Source: Takakia lepidozioides (Eukaryota > Plantae > Bryophyta). From it: a stretch of DNA of 64,000 nucleotides. Shown here one piece after another: positions 26,253 through 39,901 of the stretch. The position numbers and the translations under genes were made by a program. The notes under the pieces were generated by a model. It searched no databases and had not been told where the DNA came from. It saw only the letters and a list, made by a program, of their open reading frames with translations. Position 1 is the first letter of the stretch; each line of letters opens with the position of its first letter. The stretch is taken from positions 3,906,001-3,970,000 of the forward strand of contig CM060734.1 of NCBI GenBank assembly GCA_030704615.1, read 5' to 3'.

Positions 26253-27749
26253 CTAATCGTTTTTTTTCCCACAGAGCCAGCCTCTTGACTCGCCGCTAGC
26301 TCGGGGGCGGAGCTCCGCCCTCCTCTCATCTCCGTACCCAAATCCGTTAACCATGACTTATTATTTAGGGATCCACTATATCTTTAGCCAACATGTGTTA
26401 TTTAGTCTTCTCTTTAGCAATCCCGCTACTTTGCCAGGGTCTCTACTCTTAGCCATGGTCGCCGCCATGGCCCCCGCTCTCGTCTCTCCTCTGCTTCGAG
26501 GAGATCTCTTCGCTCTCATCCGCGCTCTGCCCATGAGCCTCACAAGCGTAAAATTGCGCTTATCTTAAGCTTTCTATTGATGCATTTAGCATGGTCTTCG
26601 TTATCTACTTCATATGTTCAAGTATCCGGGACCTTTATCGCCATCAACTGGTGTGTTGTGCGAGGCACAGCTGCGCAACAACTCTATGCTTACAACAAAG
26701 ATATGCAGCACGGGTGGAGGTTCTACCACCCACCTTCTCTTTTCCAGGATACGACCTATGTAAGGGAGAACCTCTCTCACGATTCAGAGTCGTTTCCCAT
26801 GCAGCTCGTGGTGGCTTCTAGCAAGGAAAGGCTCTCTGCTGCGAAGGACATATCTACAGATTTTACTCATTACCTTCACCGGCTTACCCCGACCGATGGC
26901 GCTACTAAGAGTAAGTTTGATATGATCTCGGGAAACCCCTCTCACAGAGGAGGCACTACTGCTGACCCTATGTGCAATGACCCCGCTACCTCTCGATCCC
27001 TGCGTCCGTTTTGCAAGATAGGAGCGCACCTTGTGGAACACTTTGAAGTATCTAGCACTATGTTGTGTAGTCGCATTTGCACACACAGCGAGTCAGCCTA
27101 TCTGCTGGACTACAACAACCTTAAACGTCATGTGGCTTCTTTGCAAAGTTTTATCTACGAGTTTTGGTGGCTCTGCATCGCACATGGCACTGCCCCCACA
27201 TCTGGATATACATAGACGAGACTCCGGTGGTGAGAGGTCGTCTCGTTGCAGTAGAACATGATCACTACAAGTTGCAGCAACAAATACAGCCCAATTACAT
27301 CAGCGAATACAGCACTGCCCCCAGCACCCCATACTCTCACGAATGTTTGAAATGTTGTACGTCCCTGTACAACATCAATGCCCCTGCTGGCGATAAGGCC
27401 CGTGTGGACAGACAGTAGCTCTCTCTACAACAACAGCAACAAACCCATCACCCATTGATTCCTAGTGTGCATGTCGCAGATCCTCTCTCAATCTCAACCG
27501 GCATTCCGTCACTCAACTGGATCAACCACACACACCCCTGAAGCACCCTACTTCTCAAGACCAGCAACCACAACCAGCTGCCCCCCTTCAGTCATCACTC
27601 ACGGTACTCCACTCTCCTTCTCCGGGTACTAGCTAGTGCAATGTCCACAAATTGAAGCACAACAGCTGCAAAGGTAACCACCCCACCTCACCTAACAATC
27701 CTTTATTCGTGCCATTGTCATATGTGCTGCATACCCCCTCTTCAACTAC
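26253..27749 (+). mobile_element. Second copy of the unclassified repeat (homologous to 17076-18470), possibly a LINE 5' region
   Basis: GGGCGGAGCTCCGCCC palindrome, shared leader and ORF motifs; begins where the Tcn1 RT breaks off. Confidence 0.5.
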
Positions 27750-28620
27750 TAATAACGGCTATGCTATGAGGGAAAGACAACGAGGGTCACAACGGGACAT
27801 ACCGGGTAGTGATGGACGTACACTACCTGAGCCACAGGCAGAGACGGCTAAGTACGCGGTACTAGCCAATGGCGGGACAAGGGTACATTACCACGAGAGC
27901 AGTAGTGGGTAGTGTAGTAACCGTGAGCCGTGAACCACGATATCACACGGTCACGTTAGCATCGGCTTTAACCAATAGAGGGAGTAGTGGACTGTTTACC
28001 ACTATGGCTCACGACCACTACAACAAGCCACTTTTTAACAAACCTTTTAGGTTGCGTAGGCAGTTATGCAAACGGTCATTAACGACCGCAGGTTGTAACG
28101 GCTCTTTCGAGCATAGTATAAAAAGACTGCACGCAACTTAGAGGGTGTGCAGTATGAGTATCAGTGATCAATGTGTATTTAGAGGGACTCGGAGTAATTC
28201 TGTGATGATGTGACGAGCTCTGAAGTAAAGCCATGCTATTCGAAGTATCTCTGTGTAGAGTGAATGTGAGATGGAGGGAATGTGCATTATGAGATAACGT
28301 GAGATGGTGGGAATGTGTATCATCTCAGAATAGTTCTTGTTTTCTCTTGACTACCATCTGCTTGTAGGAACCAAGAGGCTTCAGTCCTTTTGACTAAGAT
28401 CTTTTATGCTTAAGAGACTGTAGATTGGGCTTAATCAATAGGATTAAGCAGCCTGCAGGGATATTGCTTCATCCGACGTTCATGGTTTAGCTATCCTTAA
28501 AACGATTACTTCGTAATCGTTTCTGAAAGCATATCGTCGGACAACCTCTGTTGCATGTCTTAGGAAATGGGCAGTAGTGTTAATAGTCTGTTTTGTCTAA
28601 GTCATAAACAACGGTTAACA
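27750..28620 (+). repeat. 5' LTR, family A copy 3
   Basis: TAATAACGG (TG>TA)...GTTAACA followed by PBS. Confidence 0.85.
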
Positions 28621-28648
28621 TTTGGCGACCATACTGGGGACTAACGGT

Positions 28649-29089
28649 ATGTTGAGTTCAAAAGTACTCGAAGAAGGATGGTTACTCAGTGATTTCTTGA
28701 AATCACGACAGAACGAGTCAACAGAAGCAAAGGAATGGAAAACATTCCTGCAAAATTTTCATGGTTTACCAAGAGCAATACAACAGAAAATCTTTCTGTC
28801 AGTCGCGAAAGAAGATGACAAATGGGGATTGAAGGGAGGAGTGATCAGTATTACACGAGCACCTTGGGAATGTAGGATTAGAAGTGAAGAGTGGTTGTCT
28901 CGTCTAGCTCTATTGATTACTCTAATCCCAATCAGAAAAGTTTGTTACACTAGTTATATTTTCAGAGAAGGATGTTCAAATTATGAATATTGTCACACGA
29001 TCATAGAAGCAGTGGAGTACTGGATACCCAAAGACTTATTGCAAGTCAGATACACTGAAAAAGACAGATGGTATTATTGTGCCCATTAA
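28649..29089 (+). CDS. Family A ORF0, 146 aa, unknown function, weak F-box-like motif
   Basis: ATG 8 nt after PBS; open and conserved across three copies; FHGLPRAIQQKIFLSV. Confidence 0.65.
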   Translation: MLSSKVLEEGWLLSDFLKSRQNESTEAKEWKTFLQNFHGLPRAIQQKIFLSVAKEDDKWGLKGGVISITRAPWECRIRSEEWLSRLALLITLIPIRKVCYTSYIFREGCSNYEYCHTIIEAVEYWIPKDLLQVRYTEKDRWYYCAH

Positions 29090-29248
29090 AAGTTTGGTGA
29101 TCAATCAGTAAAAAGGAAAATTAAGTCGTAATACGGATTCTTGCAAGATAGGATGAATCTTGAAGAAAGGGTAGAGACACTATAAATTTTCTTTACTGAC
29201 ATATCAAGACTGTTTTAAAGGGTACCAAAAAGGAATTCTACATATGAT

Positions 29249-32200
29249 GTGGGAATGAATGAGGAAATTAAAGAAAAAGCTAAACAAGACAGAGCTGAAC
29301 GAATAGAGAAATATGCTGCAAAAAGGGAGGCTCGGTTAAGAGAAGAGTTCCCAAAATTACAGAACTTGAAAATTATTCAAGGTGAGACATCAAACAGTGA
29401 TAAACCAGAAGATCAAGACCTTCTACAGTAACAAGCCCAAATAGAGGTTTTGCTGAAATATTAGAAGAAATATTTGATAACATTTTTAGTGAAGAAGGTG
29501 AAAGAAGTGAAAGCACTTCTCCAAAAAGGATAACCAGAACTACACTCAAAGCTTTTAAAGATTCATTGAGCTTAGTAGGGACAGCAGCTGGAAGACGACT
29601 ATCATTGGGACAAGGACCTCCTAGCTTTGAATCACTGTTTGGAAGACAAACACCAACACCACCACAGCCAGCAGCAACGGGACCATCCCAGTTTGGACAA
29701 CCAGTTGCACCAGTTGCACCGATGGCTTTAGCAGCAAGCAAAACCAGACCACCATTTCCTTTATATGATGGGAAATCTGATCCAGATATCCATCTTAATC
29801 AATTTGAAAACATGTGCACCATTTACAATGAAGCAACAGACCAAAAGAAGATCCGACTATTTCCTTGTTCAATGGCCCGAAAAGGCATTGAATGGTTGGC
29901 AACTTTCCCAGCCAATCACTTTGCGAATTGGGCGGATATGAGAGCCGCGTTTCAAGAAAGATATAGATCCAACAAATCCACGTCTGAAATCTTCACAGGA
30001 TTAAAGAACCTAAGACAGAAAAAGAAAGAATTGGTAGTCGACTACCTAGAGAGAATGAAGACTCTGATCAAGAAACTACCTCAAGCACCAGGGGATGATT
30101 TGCAAAAATCATGGTTCATCAATGGACTTTGTCCTGAATACGTTACAGTCATGCCTAACAACACTTTGGCTGAAGCAGTAGGGACTGCAAAGAAGTTGGA
30201 ATTGGGATTCCATCAAAGCAGAAGCAAAGATTCCAAGGATCTCTTGGAAGAAGAAGACTCTGATGATGAAGAAAAGCCCAAGCAAAAGAAGAAAGAAGTG
30301 ATTGACAAAACCACTTTGGATCAGAAGATAGCAGAGGCTATCAAGAATTTTAAAGATGAAGGGCCACGAAAGGCAACATGGTGTCACAAATGCGGGACTG
30401 CATGACACCTGGCAACGGAATGCCATATGAAGGACAAATACTGTGATATTTGTCATATGAACAATCATAATACCAGCCATTGTATTTACAACCAACGGGC
30501 CAAGAAGACTGGGTACACACGAGAGGTGGGGGTACACCAAGTCCAAATCTGACGGGGAGGATCGGACGAACCAAGACGATACAATATGGGTAATCGTTAT
30601 CAGAGGCCACGAAATGAATATCCACCAAGGGATAGGGAACATCAACCTAGAAACAAAGAAAGCACGAGATGCCACTATTGCAAGAAAGAAGGACACTGGA
30701 AACATGAATGCCAGTTGCGAATCAAGCATGAGGCGGAAGTGGGAAATATGGAAGCGGGACCAAGTGTAGCCGTAAGTGTGGTAACCCCTGTAGTGGATAC
30801 TCTTGCGGTAACCCGAACTCAGGCCAAGAAACAGAAACCTCCAGATAAGGAGATTGAAGAAGAATGGAAACAATATCCAGAAAGTGCAGCATGGCAGGAG
30901 GAAAAGAGCTTACACCAGGAAGTAAGTAAAGCCATAGCTCAAATGCAAGAGGGAACTCATATACCTTTTGGAGAGCCAACTCCAGATAAGCAAATCAGAC
31001 CAACGATGAAGACCATGAATACAGCCACGGAAACAGAATTGGCTGAAGTAATCTGCCAGACCCAGACCCAAATTACCATTGGACAATTATTAAAAATTGC
31101 TCCATACTGCAAGAAAACTTTATTTCGGGCAATCGAGGCATTGACCCCCACACCAAAACAAAAACCAACACCAGAGGTTTACACGATTAAACCCACAACT
31201 ATACGACAAACTCCAGATTACGACGAAGCAATACCAGTAATACAAGTACGTATTGGACGGAAGATGGTAACAAATGTACTCATCGATGGAGGATCCGGAG
31301 TGAATATCATGACAGAAAAGATGAAGAAGTCATTAGGATTGGGGCACATGGAACCTGCTCCATTCACGGTACGAATGGCTGATCAACGAAAAGTACAGCC
31401 ATTGGGGATCATCAGACGACTTGCAATGGAAGTAGCAGGACTGGTATACGAAATATCAGTAACCATTCTCAGAATGGAGGATGTGGCAGAGGGATATTCA
31501 CTACTACTTGGCCGACCATGGTTAACACAAGCCCAATCACACCACGATTGGGGAAGTCAGACTCTCACAATAAAAAAGGGAGCAAAACAAGTCACCATCA
31601 CGACGAAGCAACGAGGTACCATTCCACGAGAGAAACGACCTTGCATAGTGGAAGAATATGATTGGTCCAGTGGACTGTCGGATGAAGAAGAAGCCACAGT
31701 ATATGCAGCACATCCACAGTTGGAACCTATTGGACAACTGGTGGTCAAGCATACCACAACAATAGGATGTCACATGGTGAACACCCAAGGAGAACCAAAT
31801 ACTTCGAGAAATGAAGATCCAGAGGAAGAAGCGATGGACACACCTCAACACCCGGCCCGGTTCTATCAAGAAAGAGAAGAAGACATTCAAATCAGTGAAG
31901 TACCTGCCACAATTGCAACCATCGGACAAGAGATTGCAGGATCGACAGTAACGGAAGAAACTCAATTGATTCAAGTGAATCTAGGAACAGTGGAAGAACC
32001 ACAGATAATACGAGTGAGTGCAGGTCTTGAAGAATCATTTCTACAAGAAGCCACCGCATTATTCACTGAATACAAGGATGTATTTGCCTGGAACTACAAG
32101 GATTTGAAGGGTATACCTTCTAACATCTGTCAGCACCGAATTGAATTGGAAGTTGACACAAAACCAATTCGTCAAAACCGTTACAGAATGAACCCCAACT

Positions 32201-34734
32201 ATGCAACTAAAGTTTGGGAAGAAATCAAGAAGTTACTGGATGCAGGATTCATATACCCAGTAGAGACACCACAATGGTTATCGCCCATTGTGACAGTACC
32301 CAAGAAAAATGGAAAACTACGAGTGTGTGTGGACTACCGCAAGTTAAACGCAGGAACCAAGAAAGACCCTTTTCCACTACCTTTCACTGAAATAGTGTTG
32401 GACACAATGACTGGACATGAGATGTACTCATTCATGGATGGGTTTAGTGGGTATAACCAGGTATAGATGGCAAAAGAAGACCAAGAAAAGACCGCATTCA
32501 TCACTGAATGGGGAGCATATGCTTACAAAGTCATGCCATTTGGACTTTGCAATGCACCAGCCACATTTCAACGAGCAGCATCTGAGATATTCAAGAACTA
32601 TCTCAATGATTTTATGCAGGTATTTTTGGATGATTTCAGTGTCTTTGGACAGAAATCCAAACATTTGGCACTGTTAAAACTTTGCCTACAAGCCTGCAGA
32701 AACAATGGAGTAAGTCTCAACCCGGAAAAATGTACATTCTGTGTGAATTCAAGATTATTATTGGGACACATTGTGTGCCAACAGGGAATTCTGGTAGATC
32801 CAAAGAAAGTGGAGGTTATCCAAAAAATACCACCACCAGAAAATCCCAAGAAACTCAAGAGATTTCTGGGACAGAGGAGCTATTACAGAAGATACATGGA
32901 CAAATATGCTCACAGAGCAGCACCAGTCTATAGACTGCTGAAGCAAGATGCCGAATATCGATGGTCTCCAGCTTGCCAGGAATCATTTGATTCACTAAAA
33001 AGGGCACTCACAACAGCACCAATTCCGATAAATCCAAGATGGGATTTACCATTTCATGTACACAGTGATGCATCAGGCATTGCTTTGGGAGCGGTTCTAG
33101 CTCAGAATGTGACAGGCACAATAGATTCACCAATCTATTATGCAAGCATATTGTTGACAGCAAAAAGAAAAAACACCACCACAGAAAGGGAAGCATTGGC
33201 AATGATTTATGCTGTTCAAAAATTTCGGCATTATTTACTTGGCAATCGCTTTAAGTTTATTGTTGATCATCATACTCTAGTTTATCTAACAAATCGACCA
33301 CTAGCTAGTGGCAGGGTTGCTCGATGGTTATTACTTCTTCATGAGTATGACTTTGAAGTTGTTCATAAACCAGGGAGATTACATGTTACAACAGATCATC
33401 TGTCAAGGATTACTACAGGAGAGCCAGCCACGGGGGTAGAGAATCAACTTCCCGATGCATTTATGTTTGTTGTTCAACCAGAAGCACCAGATGAAGAGAC
33501 AGATCCTATAAATGCTCTGGGAATGTTTCAAGGAGACTATGACCTTCCAGATGCTCTCAAACTCATGGACGACACAGATAAAGAAGAAGATTCATCCGAT
33601 GAAGATGAACCTCTTGATGAGTCAATATCAATATTGGAGCTTATACAGTCACCAAAGAAGAATAATAAGATATTCAGGATCAAGATCAAGATGATTGGCA
33701 ATGGCCAATCAAATACTATCTGAACACAGGGAAATTTCCTGAAGGTTACACCAAAGATGACAGGAGGAAGCTTTCAATCAAAAGCAAGCCATACACATTA
33801 ATCAAAGGGATTCTGTACAAAAGAGGAATTGACTCCATAATGAGAAGATGTGTAAACAAAGACCATGCCAAAACAGTAATGCAAGAACTACACAAAGGAA
33901 TTGCAGGTGGACACTTCAGTTCGGACCTGACAGCAAAGAAAATATTACTAGCAGGCTACTGGTGGCCTACTATATTTGGAGATACTTATGAACACTGTCA
34001 ACAGTGTGATGTCTGCCAGAGGATGGGACCAGTAGAACGAACGGGGAAGGGGACTCTGCACCCAATACTACCAACAGAACCATTTCAGCGCTGGGGGCTA
34101 GACTTCATGGGACCCATTAAACCTCCAGCAAGGCACACACAAAACCAATACATCCTCACAACCACTGACTACACTACCAAATGGGTAGAGGCCAAGGCAC
34201 TAAGAGACAACACTGCCAAATCAACAGCCAAATTCTTATATGAAAACATCATCACACGATTTCGTCAGTGATCAGGGATCACACTTCATAAATGATGCTA
34301 TAAAATGCTTGACGGAGGAGTTCATGATTGTACATCACAAAAGTACTGCTTACTATCCTCAAGGAAACGGTCAAGCCGAATCTACCAACAAAATATTATG
34401 CACTATCTTAACCAAGATAGTAAATGCCAATCGTACAGATTGGGACACCAAATTGAACACAACACTATGGGCATTCAGGACATCATACAAGGTGACCACG
34501 AAGCATACACCATTTCAACTGGTGTATGGAGCAGAGGCACTATTACCCATTGAATGTATAATACCCACACTACGAACCGGAACTCATGAACGATGGGGCT
34601 TAGAAGAATCATTACGAGTCAGGGAATATGAATTATTCTATCTGGAAGAAGTTCAAACAGATGCCGCAGATAATATGGCACGGATCCAGGAACAACGAAG
34701 GAAAAGAATATCCGAAGGGAAAGAGAAATCTTAA
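29249..34734 (+). pseudogene. pol: gag-pol of family A copy 3 (stops at 30403 and 32464, several frameshifts)
   Basis: ORFs 29566-30405, 30586-32466, 32467-33723, 33840-34271, 34240-34734 give gag-PR-RT-RH-INT order. Confidence 0.9.
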
Positions 34735-36407
34735 TATTAATCTTAATCTTAACAAGTTAAAAGGCTACCAGGGAATACATGACAAAGCCCTTATACATGA
34801 TTTATACGCCAACGAGAAAGATCAAATTGAAGAGGAGGAGCGCGAAACCACCAATGCCTACTACATTCATCACGACACGGTGAATCAGCATGTACTAAGA
34901 TAGGTGGCAACACAAATTCAGGGCACCACGACGACTAAACCACCATTTATCTGGAGGACAACATTACCACCCCGTATACCGTATGGTGAACCGTGGCTAG
35001 CACAGATGCCCTACAGAACAGTGAACAAATACGAAACGGCCAACGAGTCACTGCTTGTGTTAAATTCCGAGATGTACGCTCCAGATCACCCCACCGACAG
35101 TGGTAATCATACACCACTACCCTTCGATCATAACACAGAGGCGGAACGACGGCGCAATCCAACGGATTGCCAAAAGACGGCGGACGATAAGGGCAAAGCC
35201 ATTAAACCAAGCTGCAAGTACTGCGCCAACGCCGCCCATCTAAAAACGGACCACATACCAAAGTGGATGAACACAGCTCAGAGGGATGAACATAAACTGA
35301 CCGAAACTGGACAATCATCAACGACCATCAGTTTTAAACAAAACAAATCACGAAGAAAAAACCAACGGAAGAAAATCAAGCACAAAAGGGATGAAGTTTT
35401 CTCAAAACCGTTACCTGAGGCTAAATGCTTCTGTAAGCCTGGGCCCAGCAATTAAGCTAACTAACGCTTTAAACCTAGGCAAACCAGTAGGACATAATTA
35501 CCTCCACGAGACCTCAAGAGAAGTTAGAGGAGAACCCTACAGAGAGGAACCCCTACTTAAATCCAGGAGCGAACTCCTACCTTCCTCTTCCGCAAACTGG
35601 AAATTGCTGTATACACACTTCAGTGTGCCTTCATACTTCTTGTGATACAGGAGTTGGTTGCTCCAATTCCATTCAGTCAACCGCGAGACTAATAGAACTG
35701 GCAGGCACCAAAGCGGAAGGCACAAGTTCTTATGCGCAATTCAATTTCAAAATCAGCCCAGCGTTGCGGAAGATTGAGCAGGACACAAAGACACAGGAGA
35801 CGTTGGACAGTCTTGGCCTGCGATACTTCATCACCACGCTGGACTGGAACCTGAAGCACGACGAGCTATGGCAGGGAGTTCTTGGAGAATTACAACACCA
35901 GCAACTCGGAGCCAAATGTCCACGACACGCACATCCTGCTGACGAGAAGTACTTGGCGAAGTATTTCACCTTCCCAGTCTGGACATACCACCGCACACTG
36001 GCAAACCTCCAAGGTTTGTACTTGCAGATTTGTTTTGAGAATCTCAACCAAGCAGATCAAGGCTACACATGCAACCACAGCAAAAACCATGGCTTCGGGA
36101 AGATAGCCCCAAGTACTAGCACATTGCTTTTTGCCTCAGGCAAAGAGGCACCGAGTCAGCAGCAGCAAGAGAATATTTGGAATTACTACTAGCACAACAA
36201 GTTTTAGATACAACAGCATGGGACACAGGGTTGGAGGAAGCACCACAAATTGTCAATTTTGTATGCCCATACAAGCATTGGGGCAACTGACAGTTTTTAT
36301 GGACAGGCCAAGGATTACATCAGCCCCAAAAACCTGACAGTGATCTTAGACCACATCAAAGAGAAGCACCAAGGGTATTGGCCACTGCAAGAACAGTATG
36401 TAACCAT

Positions 36408-36438
<31 letters not shown>

Positions 36439-36988
36439 TGGGTTGTTTACAATTGGCAGCATTATAAGATCAAAAGTCGAACCTTACTCCGCCATACAAC
36501 ACATTGGCCACACGCAGAGATGATTGGGGAGCAAAAGTGGAAAAGACAAAGAGCCGAACACGGATGTCCCAGCCGACCTCGATCACAGCGAGAAGAGATC
36601 TCAGAAAATAAGAGACAGAGGTGAAACACTCACAGGGCATGTGCAACATTAAACAGCAGGTGGAGACACTCAAGGGGCAGCTTAGGACTGCCATAATCTG
36701 AACCAAGTGGCTAACAGCAACACTACGCTGCTGAGAGCCAAGGGGAGAAATGCGGAGAGCAGGCTGTTTACCTCCACCACAGAAAGAGAACATTTGTCAT
36801 GGCAATGAACAAGAAGGAAGCAGCAGCTGTAAGCTGACATTGCAAGCAGCGGGTTGGATAAACAAGCAGCCTAGCCAAGAGCCGGTTGCAATGAAGGAGT
36901 GAATTGGAGATGAAGAAACTCAACAAGGGCAATGGTGAGAGCATATGAAAATGGCCAGTTGCGAAAATTGTTGTAAACATTCCATGCA

Positions 36989-37488
36989 NNNNNNNNNNNN
37001 NNNNNNNNNNNNNNNNNNNNNNNNNNNNNNNNNNNNNNNNNNNNNNNNNNNNNNNNNNNNNNNNNNNNNNNNNNNNNNNNNNNNNNNNNNNNNNNNNNNN
37101 NNNNNNNNNNNNNNNNNNNNNNNNNNNNNNNNNNNNNNNNNNNNNNNNNNNNNNNNNNNNNNNNNNNNNNNNNNNNNNNNNNNNNNNNNNNNNNNNNNNN
37201 NNNNNNNNNNNNNNNNNNNNNNNNNNNNNNNNNNNNNNNNNNNNNNNNNNNNNNNNNNNNNNNNNNNNNNNNNNNNNNNNNNNNNNNNNNNNNNNNNNNN
37301 NNNNNNNNNNNNNNNNNNNNNNNNNNNNNNNNNNNNNNNNNNNNNNNNNNNNNNNNNNNNNNNNNNNNNNNNNNNNNNNNNNNNNNNNNNNNNNNNNNNN
37401 NNNNNNNNNNNNNNNNNNNNNNNNNNNNNNNNNNNNNNNNNNNNNNNNNNNNNNNNNNNNNNNNNNNNNNNNNNNNNNNNNNNNNNNN
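36989..37488. other. Assembly gap (500 N)
   Basis: Run of N. Confidence 1.
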
Positions 37489-39849
37489 CTCTGTCAATTT
37501 CGTTCATTTGTCTTTCTGTTACGGACATTTCGTCCCCACCGTTGTTTGTGTCCGTTGTTTGTGTCCTTCTAGGAGCGGTGCTTGGATTCTCGACACGGAG
37601 CCTGCCGAACACGAATATGGCAGAATCGGTCCACTCCTCCTGGCGAGCGTCTTCTACCGCACATCTGGTGGACGTAGTGACGGCCACAACGGAGGACATC
37701 GACAGAGCAATCATGCAGCAAGCCACGTACTACAAGTTCCTGAGCGGCAAACAATGGGCTTTGGGCCGGACAGGGAGGAATGGTTGGTACGAACAGCTTC
37801 GAGGTCCAAGAATCCAGTGAAATGGGCGACAGCATTGCGAGAGAAGATCAAAGGGACGCCTCTGCACCGCAGAGGTGAACACCTAGAGGGGGACGTCCGG
37901 ACTCGCCCTGTCAGGCGGAGGATTGAAGAGGAACCCGGGTGCGAAGAGGATTCCTGGAGATCTGACAGGAACATTCGGACAGCACCTCGAGGTCCCGTCA
38001 TGTTGCCGCACAATGGTCTTCCAGCAGTGGAAGCCCAAGAAATTCCAGATCGCCGTCGCCTTCAACCGGGGATTTCGTGCAACAAATTCCAACCGCTCCC
38101 TTGCCCCACATTCCGCCCGCTGTTATGCAGTATGGCCAAGCCATTGTGGAGACGACTGTGTCTGCCTCACAGTGGAGAATTGCTCGCCCAAAGCCGTCGT
38201 TTCGAGGAAGGTGTTCCGCAATTCGTGTGGATACACGGCAACGTTGTTTAGAGATGATAAGGAGGAATCCAGATGGGGCTGTCCCTGCTCCTACTTTTAC
38301 AGGAAGATTTGTCCATGCAAAGTTTGCGGAGGCGACAACCACCCAGTTCTGGTTCTGCAGGCACGACATTATGACTTGCGTGTATGGAAAGCCAAGTACG
38401 GCATACAGACAATGCCAGAGGCTCCCCCGGTGTGGCCGGTGGAACCAGGCAGCGATCTGAGTCAGGTTGAGGCCGACGCCCTTACCGCCGCAGGATTTCG
38501 GATGGTGCAGCGCACTGACGTGCCCAGACAACCATTTCCGCTTCCACAGCCTCCACCACCGACCCCTGTGAGAGCAAGAACAATGGGACACGACAGCTCT
38601 AAGCATCCTACACACCGTTGGGGGAACCGAAGAGGCGGCGACCTCCCTCAAAAGTGAACGAGACAAGGATGGGGATGCACTTCGGATGAACTGTACAATC
38701 CGAGCTCGACAGAAGTGCCCCCACCAGGATTCGGGCGTGTGTATCAGATGGCCACGGCGGGCTCAGCTGTTCGCAATGAGGTGTACACCATCACCATTTC
38801 AGAATTACCCACCTGCAATTGCACCGACTTCCAGATCATGGCGAACAAGGGGCATCATACTGCCCTTGCAAGCATTTGTACTACGTGTACCTAAAGAGAC
38901 TCCGTTGTAATTCCACAACTCATCACTTCATACATGCACCAGGGTTGAGCCCCCAGGAGGTTCACACTCTTCTGAATATGGATCCAGGGGACCAGTGAGC
39001 TTGGCTTGCGGTCCACATACAATGGTACGCCCATCCTTTTCGGATAGTAGAACTGTACTGCTGCCAGTACCTCAGACTCTGGCCACACAAAGGTCCGACA
39101 TATGTCTTGCCTACCAGTAACCTGTTTTGATCGAACTAAGATATTACTATATCGTTCACTTGTTTCCACGTGCATGTATTTTTGTATGTTGGAGGGTTCA
39201 TGTTTTTCTGCTTTCCGAAAACTTGCTCTCCTCATTCGACCTCCGACAAGGAAATGCGGCGCCGAATTTCCAAGTATCGTCGTAGGTACCCCCAGAGGCG
39301 GCCTTCGCCAACACCAAACCGCTCCGAAATTTCGCACGTGCGAACCCTAATGCGGCAACCCTATTTCCCAGTTCAGTTGCAAACCTTTCCCGCCGAATAC
39401 CGAAGAAGACAGAATTGTGAAGTACTGCAGACTGTATTGGTGCAGACTCCATTGGTTCAATCGCGGCAAAAGGGTCAGCTTCATTCCAATGTTAAGGCAT
39501 GTAAAACCGCGGAATACTCTATACAGGCCAGTATGCGACGTCCTTTTGCAGTGGTATACTGGATTTCCCGTTGCACGGTCACTTATTTCCATGAGCGGAT
39601 CTATAAAACCATGAGCGGACTTGTTACTGACGACATATCTTCGCCGCATTACATGATCTGGAACGTCCAAAAACGGCAAGGTCAAATAAAAAACTATTAT
39701 TTTAATACTTGTTTAATCTGCCGCATTTCCAAATTTGGAGGAGTCCGCTCATGAAATCCGCGTATCTTAGACTTCGGCTCACCGCTCATGCGGCTCATGC
39801 GGCTCATGGCTCATGGCTCATGGTTTCTGCTCATGAAATAGTAAACCTC
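37489..39849 (+). mobile_element. Mutator-like element, copy 1: transposase 3' part, SWIM finger and terminus
   Basis: PNTNMAESVHSSW (third catalytic E region); YTITISELPTCNCTDF...PCKHLYYVY (~38780-38900); GCTCATG subterminal repeats and end ..CTCATGAAATAGTAAACCTC. Confidence 0.8.
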
Positions 39850-39901
39850 AAAGATACTGAGGCTTCCTAGCCTTCTCTCCTAATGTTGTCTGACAACAGA
39901 G

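Larger units (their letters stand above)
27750..36988 (+). mobile_element. Family A copy 3, near full length: LTR 27750-28620, PBS, ORF0, gag-pol ~29250-34734, long 3' region with extra ORFs; 3' LTR not seen before the gap
   Basis: Gag as in copy 1; VLIDGGSGVN protease; RVCVDYRKLN, FMDGFSGYNQ, FLDDFSV; HSDASG..TEREALAM; integrase GGHF..CDVC..WGLDF..SDQG..NGQAE; no archaeal-type second RNase H seen. Confidence 0.9.

Noticed and set aside
36409-36438. 30-nt poly-G as a functional G-quadruplex
   Set aside because: Homopolymer close to an assembly gap; length unreliable
36871-37820. Long ORFs spanning the N run
   Set aside because: Artefact of the gap
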